This document shows, piece by piece, positions 39,621-49,623 of a stretch of DNA of 64,000 nt (position 1 is its first letter; each line of letters opens with the position of its first letter). Position numbers and translations under genes: made by a program. The stretch covers positions 1 to 64,000 of the forward strand of contig JACQIB010000004.1 in the NCBI GenBank assembly GCA_016198755.1, in the 5' to 3' direction. The notes beneath the pieces are model-generated. The model was not told the origin of the DNA and searched no databases. It saw nothing but the letters and a program-made list of their open reading frames with translations. Source of the stretch: Candidatus Aenigmatarchaeota archaeon. GTDB taxonomy: Archaea; Aenigmatarchaeota; Aenigmatarchaeia; Aenigmatarchaeales; JACQIB01.

Positions 39621-39686
39621 GTTCTCCCCCCGCGCTAAAAGAAAGTTAGCAAAGCCCGTATATAAACATTCCTTACTATGTCCCGT

Positions 39687-40388
39687 CTAATATTCTTTCT
39701 CCAAAACTTCCCTTATTTTCTGTGCCAGCTTTTCCCCTATTCCTTCCGCTTCTTTTAGTTCCTGCTCAGAAGCAGCAAAAATCCCTGCAGGGCTTCCAAA
39801 CTTTTTCAGCAAAGCCCTGGCTTTAACATTGCTAACCCCCGGCAACCCAGCTACAATAAACTCCTGCACATCTTTCACGGTTTCTGCTTTTTTCTCCCCT
39901 CTAACTGCAAGTTCCCTTCTCTCTGTCAATTGCTCCCTCCTTGCAATCCAGTTTATTAGTGCTGCCGATTCCTGCGGGTTTGCACTCCACATTATTGGTA
40001 TTCCATAATCGATAGCAATGCTCGCCAGCGCTCCTCTTACACTGTTTGGGTTTAGTCTACCGTATAAGTCATTCCCTTCTATCAGTAAAATTGGTTTCTC
40101 AAAACTTTCTTTTAATGCTTCCGCCTGCTGGAAAAGCCTCTGGTCTGTTATAGAGTTTAAAAAATCCTGCGCAGCCTTCCTCTCTATCCCCACTCTCTCA
40201 GAACATAGATAATCTGCAACCTCGAGTCTCTTGCTCTTGACAATACAATCAAACTTTCCCAGAGCTTCCACAACAGGTGAGTAAAATTCCCTTGAATCCA
40301 CAAAAATCATTGGTTTTGGTGATTCAGGCTTTTTCAAAACCTGTTCCCCCAGAAAATCCAGATGCCCAGCTTTCTTTTTTTCAGCCAT
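39687..40388 (-). CDS. xpf: ERCC4/XPF nuclease with HhH2 (C-terminal half of Hef)
   Basis: VDSRE...VADY...GIERKAAQDF...RLFQQ; LPGV...GIGEK HhH motifs. Confidence 0.9.
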   Translation of the reverse strand: MAEKKKAGHLDFLGEQVLKKPESPKPMIFVDSREFYSPVVEALGKFDCIVKSKRLEVADYLCSERVGIERKAAQDFLNSITDQRLFQQAEALKESFEKPILLIEGNDLYGRLNPNSVRGALASIAIDYGIPIMWSANPQESAALINWIARREQLTERRELAVRGEKKAETVKDVQEFIVAGLPGVSNVKARALLKKFGSPAGIFAASEQELKEAEGIGEKLAQKIREVLEKEY

Positions 40389-40409
40389 ACAACAGAAATG
40401 TACATAACC

Positions 40410-41906
40410 TTATTTATCCTTTTGTTCCATACCTTTTCCAATCCCTTCCAGCTCTTCCCTCATTCTTCTCTCTTTCCTTTTTGCTGTATACAGGTTTGCT
40501 TCATCTCTCGTCCCTTTGTTAACAAGCACAAAAACCCTCCCAGCCTTAATTCTTCCCACGCGACCGCGGCGCTGTATCGTTCTTATCTCAGAGGAAACAG
40601 GTTCATAAAAAACAGCAATATCAGCACTCGGTATATGCAATCCTTCCTCCCCCACAGGGCTTGTAACAAGAATATTGTAAACTCCGGCTGTAAAGTCTTT
40701 TATAGTATCTATCTGTTCTTTCTGGCTCTGTCCTGTCTCCCCCCCCTGCCCTACTAAAACAGCAGGTTTACACCCTTCTATATTCTTCAGTGCAGAAAAA
40801 ACAGTGGAAATATTGTCCCTGAAATGGGAAAAGACTATAATGCTTGCCTTAGGATTTTCCTTTACTAACTTTTCTAGTAATATAAATTTAGGGCTTTCAA
40901 ACCCCTCTACTTTCAGTTCTTGAGCAGTTCTCAATGCGTTCTGCACTTTTAAGTCTTGTAAGGCTCTTTCAGCAGCTTTATTCCCCTGTGTTCTTAACTT
41001 TTCCAAATACAAACAAAGAGCTGAAATACTCTGTGTTTCCAAAAGCTCAAGAGCATGCCATATTTTCAGTGTCTCTGCACAGAGAGACAATATACGGAAG
41101 TTTGCAGGATTCCCAGCCCTCAGTCCGGAAGCAGCCCTTTTCTGTGCCAGCAATAAATCAGTTTTGCTGTAAACATTAACTTTACACTGTTTCAGTTTTT
41201 CTACTCTTTCTTTCAGTGCAGCCTTAAGCGAGGATTGTATTTTCAGCATTTTCTCTGGTAATTCAGCTCTCAGAACCTCAAATTTTGATTCCTGTATATA
41301 GGGTTTTATATCCTCATCCTCTTCTGTTCTCATCTCAACAGCTTCCGTCCCCAAATTCTTGCAAACCTCCTCAATCTTTTCTTTTGTGCTCCCCGGGCTT
41401 GCTGTTAATCCCAGAACCCTAGGGTTTTTTGCCTGCTTCATGTAAACAGAAACTATTATAGGATAAGCATATTTTTTCACAGATCTGTGACACTCATCCA
41501 CAACCAGCAAGCTGAACTCTGCGAGCGAAAGCCTGCCCCCGTGCAAATCATTAGCTATTGTCTGCGGTGTAGCTGCAATAATTTTTGCTTCTTTGTAAAT
41601 TTCTTTTCTCTCCAGCGGGTTTACAACTCCTGTAAGCACAACAATTTTCTCTTTTTCTATAGTCAGCATATTCTGGAACGCAGAACAGTGCTGCTCAGCC
41701 AATGGTCTTGTGGGAGCCATAATTAGAACCTTTCCTCCGAACTTTTCCATTCTCTGTGCAGAAAGCAAAACAGCAAGCGCGGTTTTACCAGTCCCAGTAG
41801 GCAGAACACATAAAGTATTTTTACCCACAGCAGTATTCAGTATTGAAGACTGATACAGCCTCTCTTCTATGCTGTTTGGCTTTATCAGAGGATGTGTTAT
41901 AAACAT
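40410..41906 (-). CDS. hef: Hef/FANCM-type SF2 helicase (N-terminal half of Hef)
   Basis: ERLYQ, LPTGTGKT, DECH, GLTASPGS, TSPVGEEGL, IQRRGRVGR. Confidence 0.9.
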   Translation of the reverse strand: MFITHPLIKPNSIEERLYQSSILNTAVGKNTLCVLPTGTGKTALAVLLSAQRMEKFGGKVLIMAPTRPLAEQHCSAFQNMLTIEKEKIVVLTGVVNPLERKEIYKEAKIIAATPQTIANDLHGGRLSLAEFSLLVVDECHRSVKKYAYPIIVSVYMKQAKNPRVLGLTASPGSTKEKIEEVCKNLGTEAVEMRTEEDEDIKPYIQESKFEVLRAELPEKMLKIQSSLKAALKERVEKLKQCKVNVYSKTDLLLAQKRAASGLRAGNPANFRILSLCAETLKIWHALELLETQSISALCLYLEKLRTQGNKAAERALQDLKVQNALRTAQELKVEGFESPKFILLEKLVKENPKASIIVFSHFRDNISTVFSALKNIEGCKPAVLVGQGGETGQSQKEQIDTIKDFTAGVYNILVTSPVGEEGLHIPSADIAVFYEPVSSEIRTIQRRGRVGRIKAGRVFVLVNKGTRDEANLYTAKRKERRMREELEGIGKGMEQKDK

Positions 41907-41932
41907 TATTCTCACGTTTTCTTAGAGTAATT

Positions 41933-43195
41933 TTACCCTTTCTGTTTCAGCGCAGAAGGAGTTGAGCCTGCATGCCAGCTCTGCCTCATTCTAATCTGTA
42001 CATTGAAAAGTCGCTCAGAATTATCATCTAAAACAACAGCAGAGCCTTTTGTTTTGGGCAGGTCTGTAATATTTTTTCTCAAATCCTCAAGCAAATAGGT
42101 TTGCATTATTCCGGATAAAGCTTCCATATCAGGTTTCGCTGTTAAACGATGGGCTATAACCAAATCAGCCTGTGCTATAGCATCCTCATGCAGCTTATTC
42201 GGCCTTTGGGTGGCAAGAACAAGGGAAATTCCAGGCTGCCTTCCTTGGCGAAGCAAGGTCAGGAAAGGACCTGTAGATGCTGTTTCGCGCTCAGACCCTA
42301 TAAAGTTGTGCGCTTCATCCACCATTATCCATGTTAACGGAACCTTTCTCTTTTCTTCCCCTGCAATAAGTGCAGACTCTTCTTCGCGTCTGGCAGAAAT
42401 GCGTACAGAATAGATTTCCCTTGCCAAAAATCCTAAAAATAACGAGCGCACAGCCCAGTCCATTAAACTCACATCTAATATCGTAACAGAGCCGGGCTTC
42501 ATTATATCCTCTATTCTAAGATCTTTATCTGAAAAAATCCCCCAGTTTTCAGCCCCATAGAATCTGTTTTCCAGCGATAGCCTCTCTTTCTCTCCTGATT
42601 TTTTATCCCCTTCTATTTCTTTTAGTATATTCTCCAGACCATATTTTTTTCCTTCCAATTTTTTCAAAGCCCTTTGCAGTAAAATTCCCTCAGGTTCTGT
42701 AAGCTGGATACCAAAGGTCAGTGCCCAGTCTCCAGCAGATAAAGCTGAAGGCTGTAAAGAAAATGCCCCGTCAAATCCCAAATGTTTTTCTTTGTATACC
42801 TGTTCAAACCCTTTTGGAACAAGATTCTGAACTGGAAATCCCTTTGGTTGCACCCCCCATTCCCTTAACTGCAGCAAAGCAGAATCATTTGCAATTTTCA
42901 TGCTCCAGAAAATTCCCATTGTATCCACAATCAAAACAGAAAGACTATCCCTTACATCAGCAGGCAGGTTCATAACTTCCTCAGCCATCAAAGCCATTGT
43001 AAAGCTCTTTCCACTTCCCCTTTTTCCAACAATCAAAGCCACATGCGGCTGTGCCATATCCAGAAAAACAGGATTAGTTAAATTATAGTCAAATCCAGCT
43101 TTCACCAAATGTTTTCCAATATAGGCCGTTCCTCGCTTCCCGAACTTCTTCAGGTCACTCTGTTCCCTTCCCAATATAATCTCTTCCATAGGCAT
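41933..43195 (-). CDS. HerA/FtsK-superfamily (DUF87-type) ATPase
   Basis: Walker A GKRGSGKS, Walker B IMVDEAH, GRQPG.SLVLATQRP. Confidence 0.85.
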   Translation of the reverse strand: MPMEEIILGREQSDLKKFGKRGTAYIGKHLVKAGFDYNLTNPVFLDMAQPHVALIVGKRGSGKSFTMALMAEEVMNLPADVRDSLSVLIVDTMGIFWSMKIANDSALLQLREWGVQPKGFPVQNLVPKGFEQVYKEKHLGFDGAFSLQPSALSAGDWALTFGIQLTEPEGILLQRALKKLEGKKYGLENILKEIEGDKKSGEKERLSLENRFYGAENWGIFSDKDLRIEDIMKPGSVTILDVSLMDWAVRSLFLGFLAREIYSVRISARREEESALIAGEEKRKVPLTWIMVDEAHNFIGSERETASTGPFLTLLRQGRQPGISLVLATQRPNKLHEDAIAQADLVIAHRLTAKPDMEALSGIMQTYLLEDLRKNITDLPKTKGSAVVLDDNSERLFNVQIRMRQSWHAGSTPSALKQKG

Positions 43196-43265
43196 AAAAG
43201 AAATTGCTGCTACAGGTTATTAAATAAAGTTGTTATGGGCTTTAATGTGATTATTGGACTATGTA

Positions 43266-44279
43266 TCAGGCCTTGCAGCAAAGGAACCATACACCAGGAT
43301 CATTTTTCCAGTCCACTGAGCCACCACATGCTTCATCATACCCTCTCCAGGATATACTGGCGATCTGCAACCCTCCAGCATTTGAAGGGAAATTCCCACC
43401 ACAGCTCTTGCAGAATGCACATGAGTTCAAAACACCGCCTGCAACCTTTTCCTTTGTAACAGCTCCGTTTGCCAGCTTTGATGTAGCCACAGCTCCGTCT
43501 CCTATTTTTGATGAAGTAACAGCATTATCAGCCAGTTCAGTTGTGCTAACACCATTATTTTCTATCTGCAGTGCTCCAACAGAATCAGCAGCCAGCTTAT
43601 CTTTTGTTACAGTGCTGCCAAATAATTTTGCGCCAGTTATAGTTCCATCAGCAATTTGTGTTGCTGTTATAGTTCCGTCCTGTATTTTAGAACCCTTTAC
43701 CTTCATGGCAGAATTTGTTCCGCAAGCATCTGCATTTATATTACTTACAGCTGCACCACAAATAAGCCTATCTCCCTGTATGCTCCCGCCCTTTATTTTG
43801 CCATTTGTTACAGATTCATCTGCCAGCTTTCCTGTTGTTATAGACCCGTCAGCCACAGCAAAGTTTTTCCTTGCTATAAAAGCCCCCGGAGCAATAATAA
43901 TCCTTGGGGAAAGTTTGTTCCCGCCAATCTCCAGCTCTGCATAATATTCCTTATCAAATGTTATAGAATTTGGGAAAGCCTTTGTTTTTCCAAGGCTTGC
44001 AAACCAAGTCCCTTTTTTCACAGAAATAGTCTGGGTTTCTGTAAACAATGCTGTCCCAGCAGTTGCAACATCATACAAATTAAATGTGATGCTCAAATCC
44101 TGTGTTACAGGTTTCCCAGTAGAATCTTTAAGGAACCCCTGAAGCGGGAGCTGCTCTTTTACAACAGCTTGCCCTGGTTGTGTTGTGGTTGTCTGTGCAA
44201 CAGCTAAAGCAGCCATTATTGCAAATACAGCCAGAACAGAAAACAAAACAACTTTTGCACTCCCTTTCATACAAATCAC
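43266..44279 (-). CDS. Secreted fibre-like protein with DG(S/A)(I/V)T..K(L/I)A decapeptide repeats and a Cys-rich tip
   Basis: N-domain QGFLKDSTGKP...FNLYD...LF.ETQ...LG paralogous to 4695-5672; decapeptide repeats; C-terminal CAFCKSCGG...LCCKA. Confidence 0.75.
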   Translation of the reverse strand: MICMKGSAKVVLFSVLAVFAIMAALAVAQTTTTQPGQAVVKEQLPLQGFLKDSTGKPVTQDLSITFNLYDVATAGTALFTETQTISVKKGTWFASLGKTKAFPNSITFDKEYYAELEIGGNKLSPRIIIAPGAFIARKNFAVADGSITTGKLADESVTNGKIKGGSIQGDRLICGAAVSNINADACGTNSAMKVKGSKIQDGTITATQIADGTITGAKLFGSTVTKDKLAADSVGALQIENNGVSTTELADNAVTSSKIGDGAVATSKLANGAVTKEKVAGGVLNSCAFCKSCGGNFPSNAGGLQIASISWRGYDEACGGSVDWKNDPGVWFLCCKA

Positions 44280-44302
44280 TCTGCTTTTTACATATAAATA
44301 CT

Positions 44303-45475
44303 TTATCTTTTTGATTGTATAGGAAGTTTTTCAACCGTAGCAGTATGTTTCCTGCTGTATATATAGTATCCAAGACCTCCAGCAACTGCAACAGCAGCTA
44401 TTATTATAATCAATGGAAGCAGCACTTCAGTTGAAAGCCCGCCCTTTGGAAGTGTGGATGTAGTATCTGGTACAGATCCAGTTGTTGTTGATTCTTCTGT
44501 AGACAGTGTTGTTGTAGTCCCTATTGGAGCCGCTTTCACAGTCAGGCTAAAGCTACCAGATTCTGTTTTTAATCCTGCCCCGTCCTCCACAGTTATTTTC
44601 CAGTTAATTTTAGCTCCGGCCTTCAGTTTTGAAGTATCATACTTGAACTTAACAACAGTTTTTGTCTTCCCTCCTATATCTGCTGTCTGCACAACATTCC
44701 CACCCACAACCAGCTGCGCCTTTTTCAATCCAACATTATCCTCCACTGTTGCAAACAAAAGTATAGAATCCCCAATAACAGGTTCCTCCGGAGTTGCTGT
44801 AGCATCTTTTATGGTTGGAGCAACAGTGTCCTTACCCCCTATAGTGAAGCTTCCTACATCACTCTCAGCAGAGTTATCAGAAGTATCATATCCAATCATT
44901 TTCCATTTTACAACCGTGTCTTTAGGAACACTTCCTGACCATGTATAGGTTGCTGTAGCTCTTGTTCCAGTAAGAGTTATTATTTTTGCCTGCTGGAAAC
45001 CAGCTCCTTCATCTATAAAAACAACAGCCCTGTCCAATCCTGAATCATCTTCCCACTCAACAGAAAATGTAACGGCCTCACCAACATTAGGGAGGGTTTT
45101 ATCTTGTGTTGTGTTCTGTGGGACTGGAGGTGTAGAATCTCCGGAAGAGAGCGGCCCGAAAACAGCTGTATAATCAGAAGAGGAAGCCTCTCCAACAGGT
45201 TCGTCTGTATATGTTGCTATTCCAGAATAATCAGAACTGGAACTATCAGAAGGAGACCCACCAGCAGAACCGCTATCAATCACATATTCCTCCCCGCCGG
45301 AAACAACATAAGCTGTTGGCTGGAAAAAAGAAGAAGCAACAGAGAATGCAACAAAAAGGGAAACCACAATACCCAGCATTGCAACAGGTATTGAAGGATC
45401 CTGATGTGCATGCCCAATCCTGTATTTTGCATGTCTTACAGAATGTCTGCCTGACTTTGAATATCTTTTTGCCAT
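44303..45475 (-). CDS. Surface protein with two Ig-like repeats and N- and C-terminal TMs
   Basis: DSTPP...WEDDSGL...VKWKMIGYD modules shared with neighbouring genes. Confidence 0.75.
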   Translation of the reverse strand: MAKRYSKSGRHSVRHAKYRIGHAHQDPSIPVAMLGIVVSLFVAFSVASSFFQPTAYVVSGGEEYVIDSGSAGGSPSDSSSSDYSGIATYTDEPVGEASSSDYTAVFGPLSSGDSTPPVPQNTTQDKTLPNVGEAVTFSVEWEDDSGLDRAVVFIDEGAGFQQAKIITLTGTRATATYTWSGSVPKDTVVKWKMIGYDTSDNSAESDVGSFTIGGKDTVAPTIKDATATPEEPVIGDSILLFATVEDNVGLKKAQLVVGGNVVQTADIGGKTKTVVKFKYDTSKLKAGAKINWKITVEDGAGLKTESGSFSLTVKAAPIGTTTTLSTEESTTTGSVPDTTSTLPKGGLSTEVLLPLIIIIAAVAVAGGLGYYIYSRKHTATVEKLPIQSKR

Positions 45476-45506
45476 TTATCTCAATCCACTTTATATTTTT
45501 ACATAT

Positions 45507-47348
45507 TTAAGCTTTCTTTGGCGGAGTCTCGTCTACTTTTGGTCCTCCTTTAAATCCTGCTTCTGTCATTGTAACAGTTTTCTGGGACTTTTTCTTCTTT
45601 AAATAAAGGAAAATGCCGGCTCCTGCAGCAACAGCAGCTGCAATTCCAACACCTACAAATACTATAACATTTCCCCCACCCTCTCCCTTTAGCTTTTCCA
45701 CCTGTGACTTTGCTAAATTAAGTTTTGAGGTTGCTTTGGTTTCATCTCCAGCAGTCAATGCAGTCTCTGCTTCGTTTATAATATCCTGTATAATTTCCAC
45801 GTCTTTTCCCTGTGCTTTTAAGGTAGCTATATCAGTTTTAACAGTTTCTATATCATTGCTCAAAGAGCTTACAGCAGTTGTACGTGTTGCCCCTGTGGTT
45901 GTTGTCTGCTTTGTAGTGCTTGTTGCAGTAGTTGTTATGTTCATTGATGAAAAATCCACTTCCCCGCCTCCGGAGAATGAACCATCACTGTCTATATCTA
46001 CACATGCATAGAAGGCTTTTAATCCCTTAACAAACGGGGCTTTGAATGTAACATCTCCATTTCCCTCCCTTAATCCCAGCTCTTCATCTGAGCAGGAGTT
46101 TGCCCGTATATAAACGCTCTTTGATTCACACCCATTCAATCCGGATATTTCTGCTGTAACAGTTGAGCCTGTTTTTGCACTTTCAGGTAAGGTTAATTTA
46201 ACAAATCCTGTGCACGTTCCACCAGTTGTTCCACCAGTCGTACCAGTAACAGCAAAAAAACTAAGTCCTGGGGAAACCGCAGAATATTCAACAGAATCCG
46301 TGCCTTCTGTACCCTTTTTAGCAGCCGTTTTATTCCATGCTGTTCCTGTCCAGCGCTGTAAAAATATCTTTCCAGAATCCACGCTATTCTCGCTTATCCA
46401 GCTGCTGTTTATCTGCAGTTCTATTGTAGCATTTTTAATATTCGCATCAGAAATGCCATCAAGCACAAACTCATAGAACTGGTATATTATACCATCCGGA
46501 TTTACTGAAACTTCTGTTGGTTTTCCTATAAGCTTTCTTATAGTCAGCTTCCCGCTCGGTATATCAACAGCAGGGAAAATGCTTACTTTCTTTATTCCGT
46601 GTTTTGAAAAATTTGTAAATGTAAGAGGAAGCAGCCTCCCTTCTATTGCCGTTGAAATTGTTTTATCTTCCTTTTCTGTGAATGTGGGCCTTTTAATTAG
46701 TGTAAAATTCTGCTCTGCGCATGTTGTTCCAGCTCCGTTTATGTCCTTTGCTATAACCCTCCATTTTATTTTTGTACCAGCTGTTGCACTGCTGTCAGAC
46801 CATGTATAACTCGAAAACTTCAGCGTTGGAGATCCGGTAATAGTTATTTTCTGCAAATCTTTCCAGGGGGCAGCTGTTGTACCGCCAAAATCAGTCTGAA
46901 ACAAAGCTTCAGCCAACCCACTGTTATCACTCATGTTTACCAGAAACTCAACATCATCCCCTTCAAATGGAGCAGATGGAGTTGCTTTAAAGTTTAAACA
47001 TACGGGAGGTGTATTTGATCCAGATTGAGTTGTACTGGTTGCAGCAGCAGAACATGTGCTTGAACCACTGTTCCAGATGCAGCTCGCTCCTGTACAGGCA
47101 GCGCTTGCAGAACAGGCTGCGCAGTTGCTTGCTGAACAGGTTGCGCTGGTTGTACTTGATGCGCCAGATAAAGTTGACTGTGAAATTCCTCCACCACCAA
47201 ATCCGCTACCTGGGTCATAATAACCTCCTCCAATAGGCATTCCGGTTATCGAGCTGGAAGCAACCATGCCTATATAATATAAAATAGATACTGCAAATAT
47301 AACAAAAACTAACGGTGGAAGTTCCCGTTTATCAGCCCTCCTTTTCAT
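45507..47348 (-). CDS. PGF-pre-PGF domain surface protein
   Basis: IYQFYEF...NIKNATIEL.I..SWI...LQRW...W...YSAVSPGLSFFAVTG; start probably MKRRA (47348). Confidence 0.8.
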   Translation of the reverse strand: MKRRADKRELPPLVFVIFAVSILYYIGMVASSSITGMPIGGGYYDPGSGFGGGGISQSTLSGASSTTSATCSASNCAACSASAACTGASCIWNSGSSTCSAAATSTTQSGSNTPPVCLNFKATPSAPFEGDDVEFLVNMSDNSGLAEALFQTDFGGTTAAPWKDLQKITITGSPTLKFSSYTWSDSSATAGTKIKWRVIAKDINGAGTTCAEQNFTLIKRPTFTEKEDKTISTAIEGRLLPLTFTNFSKHGIKKVSIFPAVDIPSGKLTIRKLIGKPTEVSVNPDGIIYQFYEFVLDGISDANIKNATIELQINSSWISENSVDSGKIFLQRWTGTAWNKTAAKKGTEGTDSVEYSAVSPGLSFFAVTGTTGGTTGGTCTGFVKLTLPESAKTGSTVTAEISGLNGCESKSVYIRANSCSDEELGLREGNGDVTFKAPFVKGLKAFYACVDIDSDGSFSGGGEVDFSSMNITTTATSTTKQTTTTGATRTTAVSSLSNDIETVKTDIATLKAQGKDVEIIQDIINEAETALTAGDETKATSKLNLAKSQVEKLKGEGGGNVIVFVGVGIAAAVAAGAGIFLYLKKKKSQKTVTMTEAGFKGGPKVDETPPKKA

Positions 47349-47438
47349 AGGGTAAAATAGCAAATCCAGCTATTTATAATCCTTCCTTGCGAGCAGCTCC
47401 CTTTAAATCTGGGCGCGCGAATACATTCCTCGGTAAAA

Positions 47439-47696
47439 ATGAAGCATGAGAACACAGCTTTCCTGTTTTACATTGTTCTGGGTATTATAGTTGGTTCTGT
47501 AAGCCTCTACCTTCCCAGTCCTTTAATTTCCCTTGCTTTGGCAGTTATAATGTTTTTTGCTGGAGGTTTCTTATTATCAAAAATAACAAAAGAAAAGAAG
47601 GAACTTCGCTGGCTTATAACAAATGGCGGCTGGCTCTATTTCTTTGTCTGGCTTTTGATATGGATACTTTTGTTCAACCTTTTCCCACATCCTTAA
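47439..47696 (+). CDS. Small 3-TM membrane protein, archaeal EMC6-like (DUF5379-like)
   Basis: Three hydrophobic segments; C-terminal W...GG..YFFVW..IW.LLFNL. Confidence 0.6.
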   Translation: MKHENTAFLFYIVLGIIVGSVSLYLPSPLISLALAVIMFFAGGFLLSKITKEKKELRWLITNGGWLYFFVWLLIWILLFNLFPHP

Positions 47697-47722
47697 TAAA
47701 CCAGTAGGGAGGAAGAATAATT

Positions 47723-49060
47723 ATGGAAGAACTTGGTGAATGGAGCAGAACACATTATTCAGCAGAGCTTTCCCCTTCTTTAGAGGGGAAAGAAGTAATT
47801 TTAGCTGGCTGGGTTAGGGAACTCAGGGATATGGGAAAGCTGAAGTTTGTGCTTTTAGCTGACAGGGAAGGCTCAATACAGATAACAGTAAAGCAGGGTG
47901 AAACAAAGCCTGCTGTTCTGAAGAAGTTTGAAAAGCTTGGGAAGGAGTTTGTTGTTGCAGTTAAAGGAACAGTTAAGGCAAACAAAGCAGCTCCCAGTGG
48001 GCTGGAAATAATTCCAATAGAGCTCAAAATACTGAATGAGTCAGAATCTCCTCTCCCATTAGAGCCGCGCTCAAAAGTTGTAGCTGACCTTCCAACTAGG
48101 TTGGATGCTCGTTTTTTGGATTTAAGAAAGCCTGAAATTGGGGCAATTTTTAAGGTAAAAGATATGGTTACAACAGCTGTGCGCAATTATTTAGAATCCA
48201 ACAGCTTTATTGAGATCCATACACCGAAAATTATTGGTGAAGCATCAGAAGGAGGTTCTGAAGTGTTTTCAGTTACCTACTTTAACCGCGAGGCTTTTCT
48301 CGCTCAAAGTCCGCAGTTTTACAAGCAGATAATGATGGCTTCAGGCTTTGACAAGGTTTATGAAATAGCGCCTGCTTTTCGTGCAGAAAAATCCCATTCC
48401 ACCCGCCACGTAACAGAGATAATAATGTTGGATATGGAAATGGCTTTTATACACGGTATAGAGGATGTTCTTTCAGTTCTGGAGAATTTAATGAGAGCTG
48501 TTGTTTCCCACGTTTCAGAACAGGGGAAGGAAGAGATAAAAGCTCTCGGAAAATCCCTCTCCCTCCCCAGCATACCCTTTCCCAGAATAACAATGGAAGA
48601 AGCGAAAGCTTTGCTTAAGAAAGAGCGCGGAATGAAGTTTTCCCCTGAAGATGAACTGGACAGTGCAGGTGAAAAAGCTCTGGGGGAGCTGATAAAACAA
48701 AAACAGGGGCATGATTTTGTTTTCCTTACAGAATTTCCATGGTCCCAGGCAAAGTTCTACCACATGAGGAATGAAAAAAATCCAAAGGTTACTGTGCGCG
48801 CAGACTTGCTGTTTAAGGGGCTTGAAATAGCAACAATAGCCCAGCGCGAGCACCGCTACCCAATTCTAATGAAGCAGGCAAAAGAAATGAAAGTAACCCC
48901 TGAAAAAATACAATTCTATATTGATGCTTTCAGGTTTGGAATGCCCCCGCACGGTGGCTGCGGAGTTGGAGTAGACCGCATTGTTCAACAACTGTTAGAC
49001 CTGCCAAATGTGCAGGAGGCTATACTGTTCCCCCGCACTCCCGAAAGGCTCAAACCTTGA
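47723..49060 (+). CDS. aspS: Archaeal-type aspartyl-tRNA synthetase
   Basis: RTHYS, LAGWV, RFLDLR, AFLAQSPQFYKQ, FRAEKS, GMPPHGG.G.G.DR, LFPR. Confidence 0.97.
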   Translation: MEELGEWSRTHYSAELSPSLEGKEVILAGWVRELRDMGKLKFVLLADREGSIQITVKQGETKPAVLKKFEKLGKEFVVAVKGTVKANKAAPSGLEIIPIELKILNESESPLPLEPRSKVVADLPTRLDARFLDLRKPEIGAIFKVKDMVTTAVRNYLESNSFIEIHTPKIIGEASEGGSEVFSVTYFNREAFLAQSPQFYKQIMMASGFDKVYEIAPAFRAEKSHSTRHVTEIIMLDMEMAFIHGIEDVLSVLENLMRAVVSHVSEQGKEEIKALGKSLSLPSIPFPRITMEEAKALLKKERGMKFSPEDELDSAGEKALGELIKQKQGHDFVFLTEFPWSQAKFYHMRNEKNPKVTVRADLLFKGLEIATIAQREHRYPILMKQAKEMKVTPEKIQFYIDAFRFGMPPHGGCGVGVDRIVQQLLDLPNVQEAILFPRTPERLKP

Positions 49061-49061
49061 T

Positions 49062-49095
49062 ATAGTAGATTTATATACTATCGTATACTATAGTA
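49062..49095. promoter_or_regulatory. Putative TA promoter/operator: ATAGTA-N8-TACTAT around a TATA box, plus a TACTATAGTA palindrome
   Basis: Inverted repeats overlap TTTATATA just upstream of the antitoxin ATG. Confidence 0.5.
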
Positions 49096-49099
49096 AACT

Positions 49100-49348
49100 A
49101 TGGTAAACATAAAAGAAACAACAATTAAATTGCGCCACGATACAAAGTTACAGTTAGATAAATTTAGGGAATATAGAAGCGAGAGCTATGATGAAGTGGT
49201 TAAAAAAATATTATATATAGCAAAAACCAGCAGGACAGAACCAGAACTTAGCAAAGAAACCATGGAAGCCATAGAAAGAGCAAGAAAGAGAATCAAAGAT
49301 GGCAAGTTTATAACAGAGGCTGAGGCAAAAAAGAGATTAGGATTGTAA
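49100..49348 (+). CDS. Antitoxin (RHH-like N-terminus, RelB-like role)
   Basis: TTIKL...K..L...ESYDEVV...IKDGKFITEAEAKKRLGL; 1-bp overlap with relE. Confidence 0.8.
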   Translation: MVNIKETTIKLRHDTKLQLDKFREYRSESYDEVVKKILYIAKTSRTEPELSKETMEAIERARKRIKDGKFITEAEAKKRLGL

Positions 49349-49623
49349 TGTACGAAATTGCCATAGACAAAGAAGCAATGAAATTTTTAGAACGCCTCCC
49401 CAGACCTGTAAGAGAGCGCATTTTTAAGAAAATAACTGCTGCAAAATTGAATCCCATGCATTTCTTCGAGAATCTGGAAGGAACTAAAGAGCGCAAGTTA
49501 AGAATAGGTGACTATAGGGTAATTGCAAATGTAAATGATGCCACAAAAAGGATAGAAATACTTTACATTGGTCATAGGAAAAATGTGTATAAAAGAGCAT
49601 CTCAGTTACTACACGCTTCCTGA
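49348..49623 (+). CDS. relE: RelE/ParE family toxin
   Basis: A.KFL..L....RERI...KLRIGDYRVI...IGHRKNVY. Confidence 0.9.
   Translation: MYEIAIDKEAMKFLERLPRPVRERIFKKITAAKLNPMHFFENLEGTKERKLRIGDYRVIANVNDATKRIEILYIGHRKNVYKRASQLLHAS

Noticed and set aside
47350-47380. GGGTAAAATAGC resembling the right arm of sites A/B
   Set aside because: No matching left arm at the 7-8 nt spacing; lies in an ordinary divergent promoter region.
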